A DNA stretch of 64,000 bases from Ruditapes philippinarum (GCF_026571515.1 NW_026853809.1:124001-188000); one strand, 5' to 3'; counted from the first letter of the stretch, positions 25,701 to 39,856 are shown. Translations and numbers: made by a program. Notes: a model not told the origin generated them from the letters alone.

Positions 25701-28700
25701 ATTTCCCATAAATTGTCTACAATATTTTGTTTATAAACATACTTTCATGTGGACAAAGTGCGTACAGGACAACGACTGACCAAGTCGTACTGTATTCTAT
25801 TTTCCCCAGTTTATATCATTCAATTGTCTTCCTTTCAGTGTCTAACTGTTGCCAACTTTATTTTGTATTTTATGTGGTAAAAAGTCGTTTTCGATGGCAA
25901 GATTAAGCTCTAAAAGGAATGTGGTCTCTAAACTAAAATTCCTTAACAAAAAAGTGAAATATTATATGTGAAACCACCTATCTTTAAATTTAGTAAATTC
26001 GACATATTTTGTTTAAGCTGATCTTTTACAAAATGAATCTGGTAATTAATTGTCATTTTGAAAAAAACAATAACCACTACCAACACCACCAACATCAACA
26101 ATAATTGTACACACAGAAAAAAGCAACAACAAATATTATAACGTCTATTCTTACCTTAAAAATGTACCAATATTTTAACGTATTTTCTTACCTTAACAAA
26201 ATGTACCAGTATTTGAACGTATATTCTTACCTTAACAAAATGTACCAGTATTTTAACGTATATTCTTACCTTAACAAAATGTATCAGTATTTGAACGTAT
26301 ACTCTTACCTTAACAAAATGTACCAATATTTGAACGTATATTCTAACCTTAACAAAATGTACCAATATTTGAACATATATTCGTACCTTAACAAAATGTA
26401 CCAGTATTTGAACGTATACTCTTATCCGTACAAAATGTACCAGTATTTGAACGTATATTCTTACCTTAACAAAATGTACCAATATTTGAACGTATATTCT
26501 TACCTTAACAAAATGTACCAGTATTTTAACGTATACTCTTATCCGTACAAAATGTACCAGTATTTGAACGTATATTCTTACCTTAACAAAATGTACCAGT
26601 ATTTTAACGTATATTCTTATCCGTACAAAATGTACCAGTATTTGAACGTTTATTCCTACCTTAACAAAATGTACCAGTATTTTAACGTATATTCTTATCC
26701 GTACAAAATGTACCAGTATTTGAACGTAATTCTTATCATAACAAAACGTACCAATATTTTAACGTATACTCTCATCCTAACAAAGCGTACCAATATATTT
26801 CTAAACGTTATATTTTCAGAGACATATATACTAACAGTCGCTACATACCATCTCTAACAATAGGAATTCTCGGAATCGGGCAAATTGGACAACATCGTAC
26901 GCAAACTGTTAACTCCATGACATTTTCAGTATATATATTTACATAATTCATATGATAATAATGAAGTTTTGCTTATTTATTTAATGTAACGTTTTTTTAC
27001 AAATAAAGGTACAAATCTATTATAAGATTACTACGAATTAGATAACAGTTTAACTACGAAATATTTTTGATTACAGTTGCCAAAATATGTAAGGGATTCG
27101 GACTCACAGTATGGGGTCTTTCACGAAGGGAATCTTCGCCAGAAAACAGATGTGCATATGTGGACGTATTTAGGTAAAGTCCGCCTGATTCTAAAGAAAA
27201 AATATATTTTATTTAGAAACTATTAATTTAATTAATTTAAAAGTCAATGAAACCCCTAAAATGACAAAACTTTTGAATCTCAAAACCTTTTTTAGAGGTT
27301 GGGTTTTAATGTGGTACAAGCGCAGTATTAGTCTTATGGCGACTTTCTAGCTTTACTGGTGGGGGAAGACCTTAGATGACCCTTCGTGCATTATTTCAGG
27401 CACGAGTGCTTCCAAAGGATTACACATTGACCATATAACCGGAACATCCTTTGCTCCTTTTGCATTTTGGTATAAATTACAGTTATCGTGAATAGGTATT
27501 TTGTATTGTCAATACTATGTTTACATGTGACTACTCTGAAGGCATTTTTCACATACATCACTACTTTCTTCAGGTTATTATCGGTAAACATGCTCTTTGC
27601 GAACATATCAAAATAGGTTAAACCACTTGCTTACTCTTTCTAAAGAAGAAAAAAAAATGATACAATGATTTCTGAAGGTTAAGGAGTCTTTAAAAAGGAT
27701 TATATAAGTATATTGTCATAACTGCTTGATAAATACAATCAATCAATCAAGCAAACAAACACTGAATTCTAGTTGAAATATCAGCAACAGCCTAGAATGG
27801 CTAGTACATCATTGCTGTAAGCTATCTTTACATTATGAACAGGACCACAGAACGACTCAATGATCTGCTAGAAAACTGTGATTATATTTGCAATGTTTTA
27901 CCAAGTACACCAGAGACCAGAGATTTGCTGTCTGGAGATGTGTTGAAAGCCTGCAGCTGTAAGGTATGCTCGTCGATACTTCCAACAATTGTTGAATATA
28001 TTCTATTTTGCTTAAAGCGCCGGAATGTAGCTGGGCCTTTTGCTAGGTGTCCTAATTTTTGTTTACATACAAGAAAAGTTAGCCATGGAGGTATGTCGTT
28101 TGTATTGTTTAAACGTGTTTCAGCAATTAAATGTAACATTGTTGAATATTTTCCATTTTGCTAAAAGCATGAAGTGTGAAAAAGGCTTTTTGCTAGATGT
28201 ACCTTGATTTTTGTCTAAGTTTAAGGTTAGTAAGCCGTAAAGGTTTTGATTAAGTCGACTCAATTGCAAAAAGTAAATAAGACATTTTAACTCGTCAAAC
28301 AAAAAAAAAAACATATCTATTTTTTTTTGTATTTCAGAAAAGTATTTTCATCAATGTTGGACGTGGAGATGTAATTGATGAACAAAGTATTGTCAATGCA
28401 ATAAAGTATGATTCCAATCAGTTTCTTATTTAGTATCTTACTTTTATTTCAGTTCTTTTATCGCTTTAACAACTTGGTAATAGCGTTAACATTGACCAAT
28501 TACTAAGAAAAGTAGATAAATACTGAGCCATAATCTGCTGGGACATTGGCTATCGGTAGGGGACTGGGCCAGTCTGTGCATTTGCGCAATGTAAAGCCAG
28601 ATCAGTTATTGTTTTTACTTTAAAAAATTGAAATCGTGGCCATTCTAAATTCAAAGCATAGCAAATCCATTAAACAAATTAAGTAGGTTAAATTCTAATG

Positions 28701-29660
28701 ATGCAGTAATGTTTTTCAATTGAAACATTCTCGTTGAAAATCGTAAATATTTCTAAACATAATTTCAGGAACGGATGGCTCAGTGGAGCAGTGCTAGATG
28801 TTTTTCGCGAGGAACCGTTGCCTTCTTCTAGCCCCTTTTGGAACCTTCCGGGGGTAATAGTAACGCCACATGTATCCGGTTGGTCAGAAGCTGTATCAGT
28901 ATGTTTAAAATTGCTCTTATTGTTTACTTATTTCATTGTGTTTATCAAGTAACGCAGAAATGTGAAAATAACGTAGGAATTTGTGAAAAAGAAACGCCGT
29001 AGCATTGCACATATATGGCTGTAACGAGTATCTATGGTGGCTGATTTGTGTCATATAGTATTTTCGCTCCGTGATGCTCCGGACGTAAACACAAAAATAT
29101 GACAGTCAACATTTTGTCGTACTTTTGCCACCCTTAAAATACGACATGGTACAAGTCAGCCACCATAAGTATCACGGAAGATTAACGGATAAAAAATATT
29201 TTACATAAATCAAATGAAAAGAATGATATATTTGCACATATTCTACGTTATCAGCAAAATTCATGCATAATTTTGACGGTAAATTTGCATATTTTTGCAT
29301 TTGGTGAAATTTGGTGTTTATTTTATACATACAGAATGATTTTAGCACTTTGATAGTTTTTAAAGGTTGAGATTAAATAACATAAAGGAAGATTTGTGAT
29401 TCATTTGTACTTAAAATATTAAAAACAATCGAAAGTTTTACTTGTTATTTTTTTCAAAATGAAAAAAATAATGAAATATTCAATATCATATTAAAAAATC
29501 AACTAAGTTCAGTAATTTGGAAATGCATTATTATAATTAAGTAATATTTTTCTTTTATTAGTACACCAAGAAGATAACAGACTTCTTTATTGACAATTAC
29601 CAGCGTTACACAGAAGGGTTGCCTTTGAAAGGAGTACTTGATTGGTCACAAGGTTATTGA
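22799..29660 (+). CDS. D-isomer-specific 2-hydroxyacid dehydrogenase (GhrA/glyoxylate-hydroxypyruvate reductase-like), copy 1, 343 aa
   Basis: Exons 22799-22928, 24212-24340, 24639-24676, 24967-25109, 26820-26896, 27077-27173, 27843-27963, 28338-28405, 28769-28898, 29562-29660 (1032 nt, GT-AG). Motifs GILGIGQIG (Rossmann), LPSTPET, FINVGRG (Arg), LDVF.EEPL (Glu), TPHVSG (His), C-terminal GY*. Confidence 0.92.
23112..23967. mobile_element. Inverted-repeat element with TAGCAGCC subrepeats in intron 1 of copy 1
   Basis: The arm at about 23112-23240 is the reverse complement of about 23815-23967 (aaagaaaactaaggata...aaaaccgtcggaaatgaatcggtagcacatacttagac). Confidence 0.8.
23256..23758 (+). mobile_element. 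AACAAGAG-headed element with about 3 internal 140-170-bp satellite units (Helentron/HINE-like; bivalve ~160-bp satellite type)
   Basis: Starts aacaagagggccataatggccct; repeated ggggccaatttt...ttatttgaacaa...ggtaga...aaatatct...agaagatttttt units. Confidence 0.65.
25153..25373. mobile_element. Palindromic MITE, copy 3 (small internal deletion)
   Basis: Same family as 6128-6362 and 11516-11748; lies in intron 4 of dehydrogenase copy 1. Confidence 0.9.
26140..26810. repeat. 39-bp minisatellite, about 17 units
   Basis: Unit aacgtatattcttaccttaacaaaatgtaccagtattt(g/t); explains the repetitive 250-aa and 108-aa ORFs. Confidence 0.95.
27295..27415 (-). mobile_element. Truncated SINE, same family as 38189-38422
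   Basis: Shares gctttactggtgg.ggaagaccttag...cgtgcattatttcagg with 38189-38422. Confidence 0.75.
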
Positions 29661-31276
29661 CACTGTAAACGGAAACGTTGTTGTTTATACATCATAGTTT
29701 TACTGTGCTTGATGAAAAGAAACACTGCAATTGGAAATAACATACATGTTTATCTATGCAAAATAACAAACATTGCTATTGAAAATTATACATATTATTG
29801 CAAAAATAATAACAAACATGCAATTGAAAATTACATATATTCATGCAATATAAAAAGAAACGCAGTAATTGGAAACATGTACATGAAGTTGGCGACTGAC
29901 CGTTTATTCCGGCAATGTTTGATCTTTAACATTATGTTGCATATAAAATAAGGATCGCGTCTTTGATGTTCATTGACATATGTCTTTGCTTAATTTGTAC
30001 ATTTTTTGCATATAAATGTCTTTAACATTGAAACATATTCCGTGTTACTATTTACTGTAGTATTTAGATATGTACAGATTTATTACATTTGTAGTTGAGA
30101 AAATATTAAGCTATGCTGACACTTTGTTTTAGAAAAGATTTTGCCTTTAACGTTGTGAAAGATTTAAAATAAAAGAGATGCTAATGCATTTTTTGCGCTG
30201 ACTTCTTTGTGATTGCTTAGACTTTACCGGTATTTCATGTTTGAAGTATGGACCTAATTTCATGATTGAAGTTTATATACACTATGGTTAGGATAATATG
30301 TTTCTGTTATTATATTTTTGTAAACCTTTAAACTATAATTTTTTAAACTTTTATTTCATAGGCAATTTATTATGAAATATGTTTGATTGCTTTTTTATGA
30401 TAAAGGACAAGAAATAATCAATATTGTTTTTCATCAGAATTAATGCCGATATCCTGAGAAGTATCGTCACTTTTGCAAGCATTTTAGAGAGACCCCATCT
30501 CCAAATAAAGTCCTGAATCAGCACTAAGTACAGGTACAATCGCATGAAGTTTGCCATGCAAAGTGTATCAAGGTAATGTATGCCGATCTAAAATGTAGTA
30601 ACCCAGTATAGGTGCCTTTTCTTTGACTTACTTTGTCTCCTTTTCCTACTTGAAAATGCAACTTTAAAAATATATTTTTGGCAGGAAAGGTCAAGTGACA
30701 TCCATCTGCTTAAATATAGCACGAAATCACAAATAGCAATAGCAGTGTCAAAATTCGTCATTAAACTTGATCACGTGATATCGTTTGCAAAGCCATGTAT
30801 ATGTCTGGTCTGGATTACCTTCCCTTTGTAAACACAAAATATTTACAATAGATGCTGGGAACCAGACTATGCTGAGTCACATCAAAATGGAAACAAAAAT
30901 ATGCCACATTCGCGAATGCGATTTTGTACACTATTGTGGCTATAATGAAAAAGTGTGTCACGACCTTTCATATACTGTATGTTTATGAAACATATGTTGA
31001 CCCATATTTTAAATCTACTTCTAAAAATAAAGAAACTTTACGTTGATGTGTTATCTGAAAACATCAAAGATAACATCGTTAAATGTTTAATATTTTGATA
31101 CAAACATTTAAGTATTTTCCTCATAGTAACAGTTGTTTTACCAGTTGATTTTATCAGGCCAATTAAACGCTGATAAAATGTGAATCTGAAGGAAAATATT
31201 TCTTACAAACAAGCAGTTGTAAAAATAGTTTTATAATATAAAATTGATTGTTTTGGAGTTTCAACAAATTAATCAC

Positions 31277-34200
31277 ATGAATATTTACGTAGCAACATTT
31301 TTAGAAAAACTAGGATCCCAACTGGCCTATCTTGTTCCTAAAGAGAACTCTCTGATACATCTAAAATGACAAAACTGACTTCTACACAATGTAAGTTGCT
31401 ATTTTATTACGTTAGACCTATAGAATATTCACATAGTTATTAAGCAAGGATTAATCTTGTTAAGCATACATATGTTATATACATGATTAGATAAAGAAAA
31501 TATTTCTTTAGTTGCATTGACTTTTGTCAGGTTTGGTTACAGGGAATCTTGTCAGGTTTGGGTCACAAGGGACTTTATAAAGTTTAGTTACAGGGGATGT
31601 TGTCAAATTAAGTTGCAGGGAATTTGGTCAGGTTTGGTTACAGATGATTTTGTAAGGTTTGCTTACAGGGGATTTTGTCAGGTTTGGTTACAGGGGATTT
31701 TGTTAGGTTTGGTTACAGGGGATTTTGTCCGGTTTGGTTATTAAGGATTTTGTAAGGTTTGGTTACACATGATTTTGTTAGGTTTGGTTACTGAGGATTT
31801 TGTCAAATTTGGTTCCGGTGGATTTTGTTAGGTTTGGTTACTGTGGATTTTGTCAGGTTTTGTTACTGAGGATTTTGTAAGGTTTGGTAACAGGCAATTT
31901 AATAGTTTGGTTACTGGGATTTTTTTCAGGTTTAGTTGCAGGGGATTTTGCCAGGTTTGGTTATAGATGATTTTGTTAGGCTTGATTACAGGGGATTTTG
32001 TCAAGTTTGGTTACAGGGGATTTTGTCAAATTTTGTAACAAGGGGCTTTTTATCTCTTAATAGCTTATTACATTGAGCACTGTTTTTCTTCAGGTGATTA
32101 TTATCTAAAATACTCTAAATCAATCATTACAACAATTAAAATGACATGCTTACACTTTCTAATAAAGACACGATATACATGTATATAAGTTCTGAGGCTT
32201 AATATGCTATTAAACATTTCTAAACACTTCTTATTAAGAAATAAGTAAGCATATCTACATGCCATTAAAACGGGTGGCAAACGCTTCTATAAGATTCATA
32301 AATAAGATGTGTTAGTTTTTTTTTTATTTATTCTAGATGAAGTTCCTGAGCTTGAAGACAAGGTTTTTGCAAGCAAGATAGAAGTTATGTTTGTAGATAT
32401 ACCAGTGTTAGCAAAATATAGGACGAATCTGGTCAATCTAAAATGGGCACACACCGCATGGAATGGTTCGTCATTTACTTTGTATAACACTTGATGTGAT
32501 GTGTTTCCATTACAGATTCAACTGCGATACTCTGCTAATATATAATCATTTGAAGAAGTAGGAAAAGAATAGCAAGATCTTAAGCAATACCTTTTTAATA
32601 ATAATCTAACTTCGATTTCATATAAAATCTAAACCATAACATAAATATTTCATTTATATCTTTTTATTTTTATAAATGTATCTTTGATAAAATAATGGTA
32701 TTCTTTGTCTTTTCTAATTAAAAAATATTTTATTGTAGAAGAAATTTCCGTCGCGTTTGTGACAGTGTTAGACAATTAATTGATTTCTCATTTCTTCCAG
32801 GAGTGGATATTTTAATGAAAACATTTGAAAAGGATGAGGTAAAAGCTAACATACATTAAGTACATTCCTCATGTAAGCGTTAAATAGCTACAGATTCAGT
32901 GTAAATTTCCAAGCATTCAACATAACAAATACGAATCATGAAAAATACAAAGACCAAAGCAGTAATTATTTTATATTCGTAAGTTGAAAAAACGCTTGTG
33001 TCGTTCCGAACAAATCACTGTTTGCAATCTTCCTTTGGAATTATATGTATACGTTTATTTTTTCAGCCGCTACCAAACTTTATTCTTACTAAAACTCCGG
33101 GCTCCCTGAATGCAGAGCACATTACAGAGTATGTGATCGGTTATATTATAGCCAAAGAGAGGCTTTTCTTCCAAGCCAAGGAGTCGCAGCAAAAGTCTAA
33201 ATGGGAACAGTAAGATTTAGTTTGTTCCTCACATTGTAATTTTATTTTCATATCTAACGCAATCATCAAAACAGAATTATAATTTATATTTTTGCTCAAC
33301 AGAATAAGCTTCTTTTCTTTGAGGATTACTAAATGTTTGTTTCCGAATATTTTTATCTATTTGCCACTCTATGTTTTATGTTATATAGTATTGAATGACC
33401 GACTCCTTATGCCAAGCCTTTGACTTAATCTAACAGTTCTATTTGACACTTTCTGATTGTCTATTTCCTATAAACTGTGTACATTTAAAAGTCGCTTTTA
33501 CCGGAATCGACGAAAAGTATGCCAACCACCATTCAGACGCTCATTAAAGATAAAAGCTTTATTCACATAGGTTAACAATGGGCACATATTCCGTTAACGT
33601 TTTAAATATTCATAAAAATGATAGAAATTTATCAATTGGATAATCTTATGAAATATCCATGGGAAACTAAACCTTAAAGAGGGCTAAAGTTATTAATTGT
33701 GAACATATATATGTTGAAAAATTATATTTTGTTCTACTTTATTATCTGCTATATGTTTTTATGTCATTTAAAACTTTCCAATTACTCAGCAAGATAATTC
33801 GTTTTTTGTTTGTTTTCACGGATGATACTAAGTACTACCAACCTGATTATTTATGGTGTAAGATATCTTCTATAAGACCTAAAGATAGGTAATGCGAGAG
33901 AGTTTCCTTTGCAGAATGATTTATGCTAAAAGTCGAGTCTTGTCCTCTCTAACAATTGGTATTCTAGGTGCAGGAGAAATTGGACTTCATCGTGAGTAGT
34001 AATGCATTGCTTTAACATTAATTTGTTTAAGTTTCCACTCAGCAGAAAATCCCTATTTGCATTAATTTTATATTAAGATTATATTGAATGTTTTTCTGAA
34101 ATGAAATATTTTGTGATCTAAAGACAATAATGGAGGACACAACAATAACATGTGCATGTAACTAAATAATGTATCCTGACAAGGTCCGCAAATGAGATAG

Positions 34201-37200
34201 TAATAATGTTAACATATTTCTTTACTGCACATAAATTTTGAACTATTTTTACAAAACCCTGTTGATATGTTTAAACACATACACCATTTCCTTTACATTG
34301 TTCTATTACAACATAATCAAATGTTCTTTAAGCTGGCATAACTAATCAGTTATAAAAGTTTACACTGTAAAATGTATTTTGAATTTATTCAATTTATGGC
34401 GATATTGTTTTGTTGTTTAAAAGAAAAGAAGATTGTATCCTATGTTTATTTCCACCTTTTGTCTTTTGCCAGTTGCAAAATCATGTAAGGAGTTTAAAAT
34501 GAAAGTATGGGGGTTAACGAGGATGGAACACCCACCAGAAACCCAGAGTCAATACATTGATGTTTATAGGTACTCACTATTTTCTTGCAATGAAAATAAA
34601 TAATACTAATGAGAATAATTTTCTTGAAAATGTTCACTGATTATTAAGTTTCTTTGTCGCTCAGATAGAAAAACATGTGAATATCTCAACCAGGAAATGA
34701 CTGGTATTCTATGAGCACAAAACGTCAAATTTCATTGAATGTGAAAAACAAACTTAATAAATAAGGGCGCCACTTAATAAACGCATTGCTTAACACAACC
34801 CAGCAATACTGGACCACTGGCAAAAAGCCAAGACTGCATGATAATATTTCTACCATTGTGATATTCCAACTGAGTATTATATTACAATATATTAAAGGGA
34901 TATTCAGGCAAAATAATGACAAAAATATCAAAATGATCTTATGTTCTCAAATCACGCTGAAATGACATTTCTGAAAGTTCCAGCATAAATTTTTGTTTAA
35001 AGTCTACATATTTTTGGTTTGAGGCTTAAATATATCCATTTTAATGAACAAAATTTAGACGCCAATAAAATCAACGAATAGTTTTAAAACAAGTCATGTC
35101 ACTAGAATAAACCCTCGAAGTTACAATAAAATATATTGTGGATATTGTAGGATTGAAACAAGTCAAAGTCATTCACTTGACATGTTCTTTAACGTTTCCA
35201 GAGTTCACCGTGACAACTTTTGTGAAATCCTAGTGCTCTAACCTGACCCACGCGGGTCAAGTTAGGAAACCACCATTTTATTTTTTCTACGCAGAAAAGT
35301 TTTGTTCTTTTGACTGTCTAATGTATTAACTTTGGGGGCATTAACAGAATAATGAATGAAAAATCCAAAACTAAGAAATGAAAATTTTGCCTGTGTCTCC
35401 CTTTAAAACACATTCAATGAGAGCAAATGATAAAAGACTTTAGTATGCATAACAATGAAAATTAATAAACTTGAATCATTCCAGGACAACAAATCAACTA
35501 GAGGAATTGCTAGAAAATTGCGATTATATATGTAATATCTTACCAAGCACACTACAGACTAAGGACATGTTGTCTGGTAACATTCTGGAAAATTGCAAAG
35601 CAAAGGTAACAAAAGATGGTCTCAGAAGTTATTTAGCTAACACAATTAACACAATTTTATTTCGATTAAAATATGAAATAAAGAAATACAGAATATGACC
35701 TACATGAAATGAAAAAAAAAATTGTATGTCGAAAAAAAAAAAAAAAAAAACCACAAAAAAAACAAAACAATTAAACATTATAGAATGTTCCATAACGGTC
35801 AGATTGATAATGCAATAAAAATGCACATTACAACAGCGTCAAATAGCATCAATTCAAAAGGGTTGATATGTGTTTATTTGTTTTTTTAAGTGTTGAAATT
35901 TGTTAGGTTTTATAGTCGGGTGTTTTAAAAAAACGCAAGACAATTGTCCTTATCTCGCTCAAATTGTTTTGGTTGTCATTAGAAGGACGAATGAGTTGCA
36001 ATATACGTTTTAATTCTACATTTTCGATTTAAAAGACATCGACTGAATCTGTGCCATATTATCATGTTTTTTCTTCAAATGTCACTTATGTCTGTTCCAA
36101 CCCGCATTTTTATTCAGTGATATGCTTTTAATAAAGAATATACAAACACCGAGATACGTTTGATAGTTGCATGCCAATAAGTTTGTCATTACCTTCATTC
36201 CAGAAAAGTATTTTCATCAATGTTGGACGTGGAGATGTCGTAGATGAAGAAAGCATAATTAAAGCAATTAAGTAAGTTTTCAATTTCCTTCCAAACTTGA
36301 AAAATGATCTTTTCAAAAGTTCTAAAAACTTATTTTGTTTTAAATGATATGTTTTTGCATTTGGATTGAAAATGAGATCAACGAGAGGAATGTGTCGTCC
36401 ATGAACATGTTCTGTTTCACACCTTATAAAAATAACCAATGCTCTTTCAACATCTGCACCACGTGATGTTCCAATAGGACTCATTATTGGATCCAATCTT
36501 ATCAATATTGTTTAATTTTCAACTTCAGAGTCCAAAGAGTCCATATCAGTATCAATACCCTTACAGCCTCGTTTTCATTTCCAGAGTCTAAACTGTTCAT
36601 TTCTTATTCATATCACAACCCATAAACATGTACTAGTAATATTAAAAAACTGAATCCGTAAAGAATGTCCAAGACGACAAAATAAATTGAAAATGTTGAA
36701 GACACGGTTTGATTTAGCTTGTTCATGGACGGTACTGGAAAATGCAATTTAGCGTGTACGCCCCTAGCACCGGTTTAAGCATAATTAAAAATCTAAATAT
36801 GTAAAATGTAAAATTCAGTGTTGTACTCAACAATGTGTAATAAGCTTAAACTATCACACCTGCAACATTTTTGATTTGGCCAATGTGTATGCATAAGTCG
36901 TCAATAAAACCAGCGGTATTCTTTTAAGTATACCGTACACATTTTTAAACATGTCATGTTAAACAGAAACGTCTCATCGTTATAAATTATTTAGAACATC
37001 AAGAACATCTTAACATTTTGTCCGCCGGATTAGCTCAATAGAGGGGGGCATTAGATTAATATTCCAAGTATCGTTAGGGTGTGGTTTAATTTCTCAAACA
37101 AAGAATCGTATATTCATTAAAGTAATTAGTAAATGATGACGATAAAGATACGTTACCTAGTGAGAAGAATGTTTAATCAATTAGTATTGTATGTGTCAGA

Positions 37201-37938
37201 TTGAGACCCAGTTTAATGATAAACTGGATTTCATTGTCTTCTTTAAATTAGTGCACAGAAATAATGTAACTATGCCAAATTACTTTTATGCTTTTTATCT
37301 GTCTCTGTTTGTCTTTTTATCATTGATGAAATCAAACTACATTGATCGCTTTTATTTGCCTTTTAACATATATTAGCAAGCGTCTTTTAATCTCTAGACG
37401 CAATGTAAGCCAATTTGTTATTATCTTCAGTAATGGATGGCTAGGTGGAGCAGTCTTAGATGTATTCCATGAAGAACCATTGCCTTCTTCAAGTCCCCTG
37501 TGGAACCTCCGAGGAGTTATTGTGACCCCACATGTTTCCGGCTGGTCCTCAGATGGTTCCGTGAGTAGATTAAAACGCATCGTATGATACTGTTATCGGT
37601 CTTTTTAAACATAATTTGTTTATCATGAATGAATGTATTGAATACATTAGGAAAGATTCTGTATTTCAATTATAAAAAGAATAATTTTTAAGAACAAGAT
37701 TTGGGTTGGGTAAACGTCTGTTTGATGAAATTTTTTCATCCAAAATCTATTTTCTAATATGTCAAACATTTAGTTTCATTCTAATGTAACATTATGAATA
37801 GTTTATAAATTTGTTTTTGCTTAATTTTCGCTAATTTAGCATATCAGCAATCTGTTGGCATGTTTTGTGGACAACTTAAACCGTTATGTGACAGGACAGC
37901 CATTAAAAGGGACTCTAGATTGGTCACAAGGATATTAA
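31277..37938 (+). CDS. 2-hydroxyacid dehydrogenase copy 2; exon 1 has an apparent 1-bp frameshift (pseudogene allele or assembly error)
   Basis: Exons 31277-31390, 32337-32465, 32801-32838, 33067-33209, 33915-33991, 34473-34569, 35485-35605, 36204-36271, 37431-37560, 37840-37938. Exons 2-10 are intact with the same sizes as copy 1. Exon 1 hits TGA at 31367 unless one A is added to the run at 31363-31366. Confidence 0.85.
31517..32045. repeat. About 25-bp minisatellite (ggattttgtcaggtttggttacagg) in intron 1 of copy 2
   Basis: About 20 degenerate units visible. Confidence 0.9.
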
Positions 37939-38188
37939 TAAATAGACATATGTGCTTATTGCTTGTAAATAAAACACTGCTAACGTTAGTAAAACTTCAC
38001 TGTTGACAATGAAAAGCAAATTATTTATAATGCTTCATTATTCAATGAAAAGCGATCTTTGTGCTCAGTTGAAACCAAATCATCAGCGACTTCCTCTCCT
38101 TTGTGCGAAAGTGGTTATTAAAGTGGTATTTCCTGTCAAGTTGTGTTGAGGTAGCAATCTATTTCTAAAGATTGGCTTAAAGAAGAGT

Positions 38189-38422
38189 TTTTTTTTTGGG
38201 TGTTACGTCACATCGACACAGTATAGGTCATATCGCGACGTTCCAGCTTTACTGGTGGAGGAAGACCTTAGGTACCCCTCCGTGCATTATTTCAGGTACG
38301 AACGGGCAGCTGAGTAGAACCACCGACGTTCCGTAAGCTAACTGGATAGCTTCCTCACATGAAAGAATCCAGAGTCCCTGTCGGGATTCGAACCCACAGC
38401 GATAAGGGGCAAGTGGTTTAAA
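38189..38422 (-). mobile_element. tRNA-derived SINE (mollusc Meta-SINE-like)
   Basis: The minus strand reads B box GGTTCGAATCC, then ...GTGGTTCTACTC...CCTGAAATAATGCACGGAGGG...TCTTCCTCCACCAGTAAAGCTGG; further copies at about 27295-27415 and 52550-52780. Confidence 0.8.
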
Positions 38423-38771
38423 GAATTGTGATTGCCAAATAATTGACAACGAAACAATATATAAAGTATCTACATTTAAAAAAATCAGCCCACTCTTTTT
38501 AAGAATTCAGCGTTACAGATAAAATTCTGAACGATATTTTTAAACAATTATGTTGATCACGTGGAATATTGAGTAATTTTTCATAGTAAAATAAAAATTT
38601 GAACACAGGTATATGTCACAATGTTAACTTGTTATTTTTTCAATTGTTCACTGACCATTTACACTTGGAAGGGCATAATGACACTTTAAACTTACATGTG
38701 TATCTGTAATTAATTGTAAATTAATTGATATTTAAAATGCATTGTTTTATTTCATTGGCAATGTATGTTAA

Positions 38772-38987
38772 CCGCCTCCGTGGTCGAGGGGTTAGAGTCG
38801 ATGACTTCTAATCCAGTTACCTCTCTGGCGTGGGTTCGATCCCCGGGAGATGCTTTGGTAGTTTAGCGCGGAGGAAGGTAGTCTAGTACTGGTGTAACTC
38901 TCCAGGAACGATGGTTAGGAAACTACCCGCCTATATGACTGAAATACTGTTGAAAAGGGCGTAAAATGAAACAAACAAACAAACAAA
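38772..38987 (+). mobile_element. tRNA-derived SINE with (AAAC)n tail
   Basis: A-box-like GTGGTCGAGGGG, B box GGTTCGATCC, 3' tatgactgaaatactgttgaaaa.ggcgtaaa then aaac repeats; absent from the paralogous flank near 47400-47450. Confidence 0.8.
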
Positions 38988-39735
38988 TGTAATTAAAAAC
39001 TGGTATGAACTGTTTATTTTTTTTCGGAAATAATCATTTATGTTGATTTTCTTATTTCGATAATATATAACATTTTATATTATAAATATAGTCTTGTAAA
39101 TACGAGTAATTACATAAACATTGTAGACTAATACGACGCCGAAGTAAACATAAATTTTCAAGGCAAATATTATGAACTATTTCCCCCAGAGTTGATTTAA
39201 TATGTTAAAGGAGATTTTGTCAATTTTAGTTACGGGAATTTGCCAGATTGGTTAAAAAGTATTTTGTAGGTTAATTGGACCAATTTGACAAACTAAATGA
39301 AGCAAACAATTACACACATATACACGTCCATTGTCGAAAAGTCTTTAAAAGAAGATAATAAATATACAAAGCATGATAAGCATGATTTACAAACTAGCAA
39401 AAATGTTGTTTGTACAATATGTAGATTATATAAACGTGATAAACGACTACAAACATGCAATATTGCATGCATGAGTATTAAATACATTTATATGGCACAT
39501 CAATCTGCGTTTTATGAGAATAAAGGTGTTTGAGTAAACTCATTGCATTTGAATAGAGGTCAGAAAAAAAATTGCAATCACACATTTATGTGAATGTACA
39601 TTGTATATTTTGTAAAATAGATCGAAACAATGTGAAATGCATTATAAGTGTCGGGATATTAATTAACAATAAATATGCAAGGTAGTCCCATTTAATTCAG
39701 CGACATGTCTTTATTATATGTAAACACAATTGAAC

Positions 39736-39856
39736 ATGGCGCATGTGTATGTTGCTAGTGAATGGGTGGAAAATATAGGAAAAATGATAAAAAATGTAGC
39801 CAAGTTTAAGGTTACTGTGTTAAACCTGTTTTCAAAAGTTGGTGGCGAATATGCAG
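39736..39856 (+). CDS. Alternative first coding exon (1a) of dehydrogenase copy 3
   Basis: aacATGG start, open 40 codons MAHVYVASEWVENIGKMIKNVAKFKVTVLNLFSKVGGEYA, strong CAG|GTAAT donor in phase 1, matching exon 2. Homologous to the other first exons (VYV.S...E.IG). Confidence 0.7.

Noticed and set aside
26105-26857. 250-aa ORF with a repeated MYQYLNVYSYLNK unit; superficially CRISPR-like periodicity
   Set aside because: It is a pure 39-bp tandem repeat with no unique spacers, lies inside an intron and is out of frame with exon 5.
30785-30988. ORF containing HVYVWSGLPSL, reminiscent of the dehydrogenase first exons
   Set aside because: No in-frame ATG before the motif (TGA at 30776) and no phase-1 donor. 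It may be a relic head but cannot be supported.
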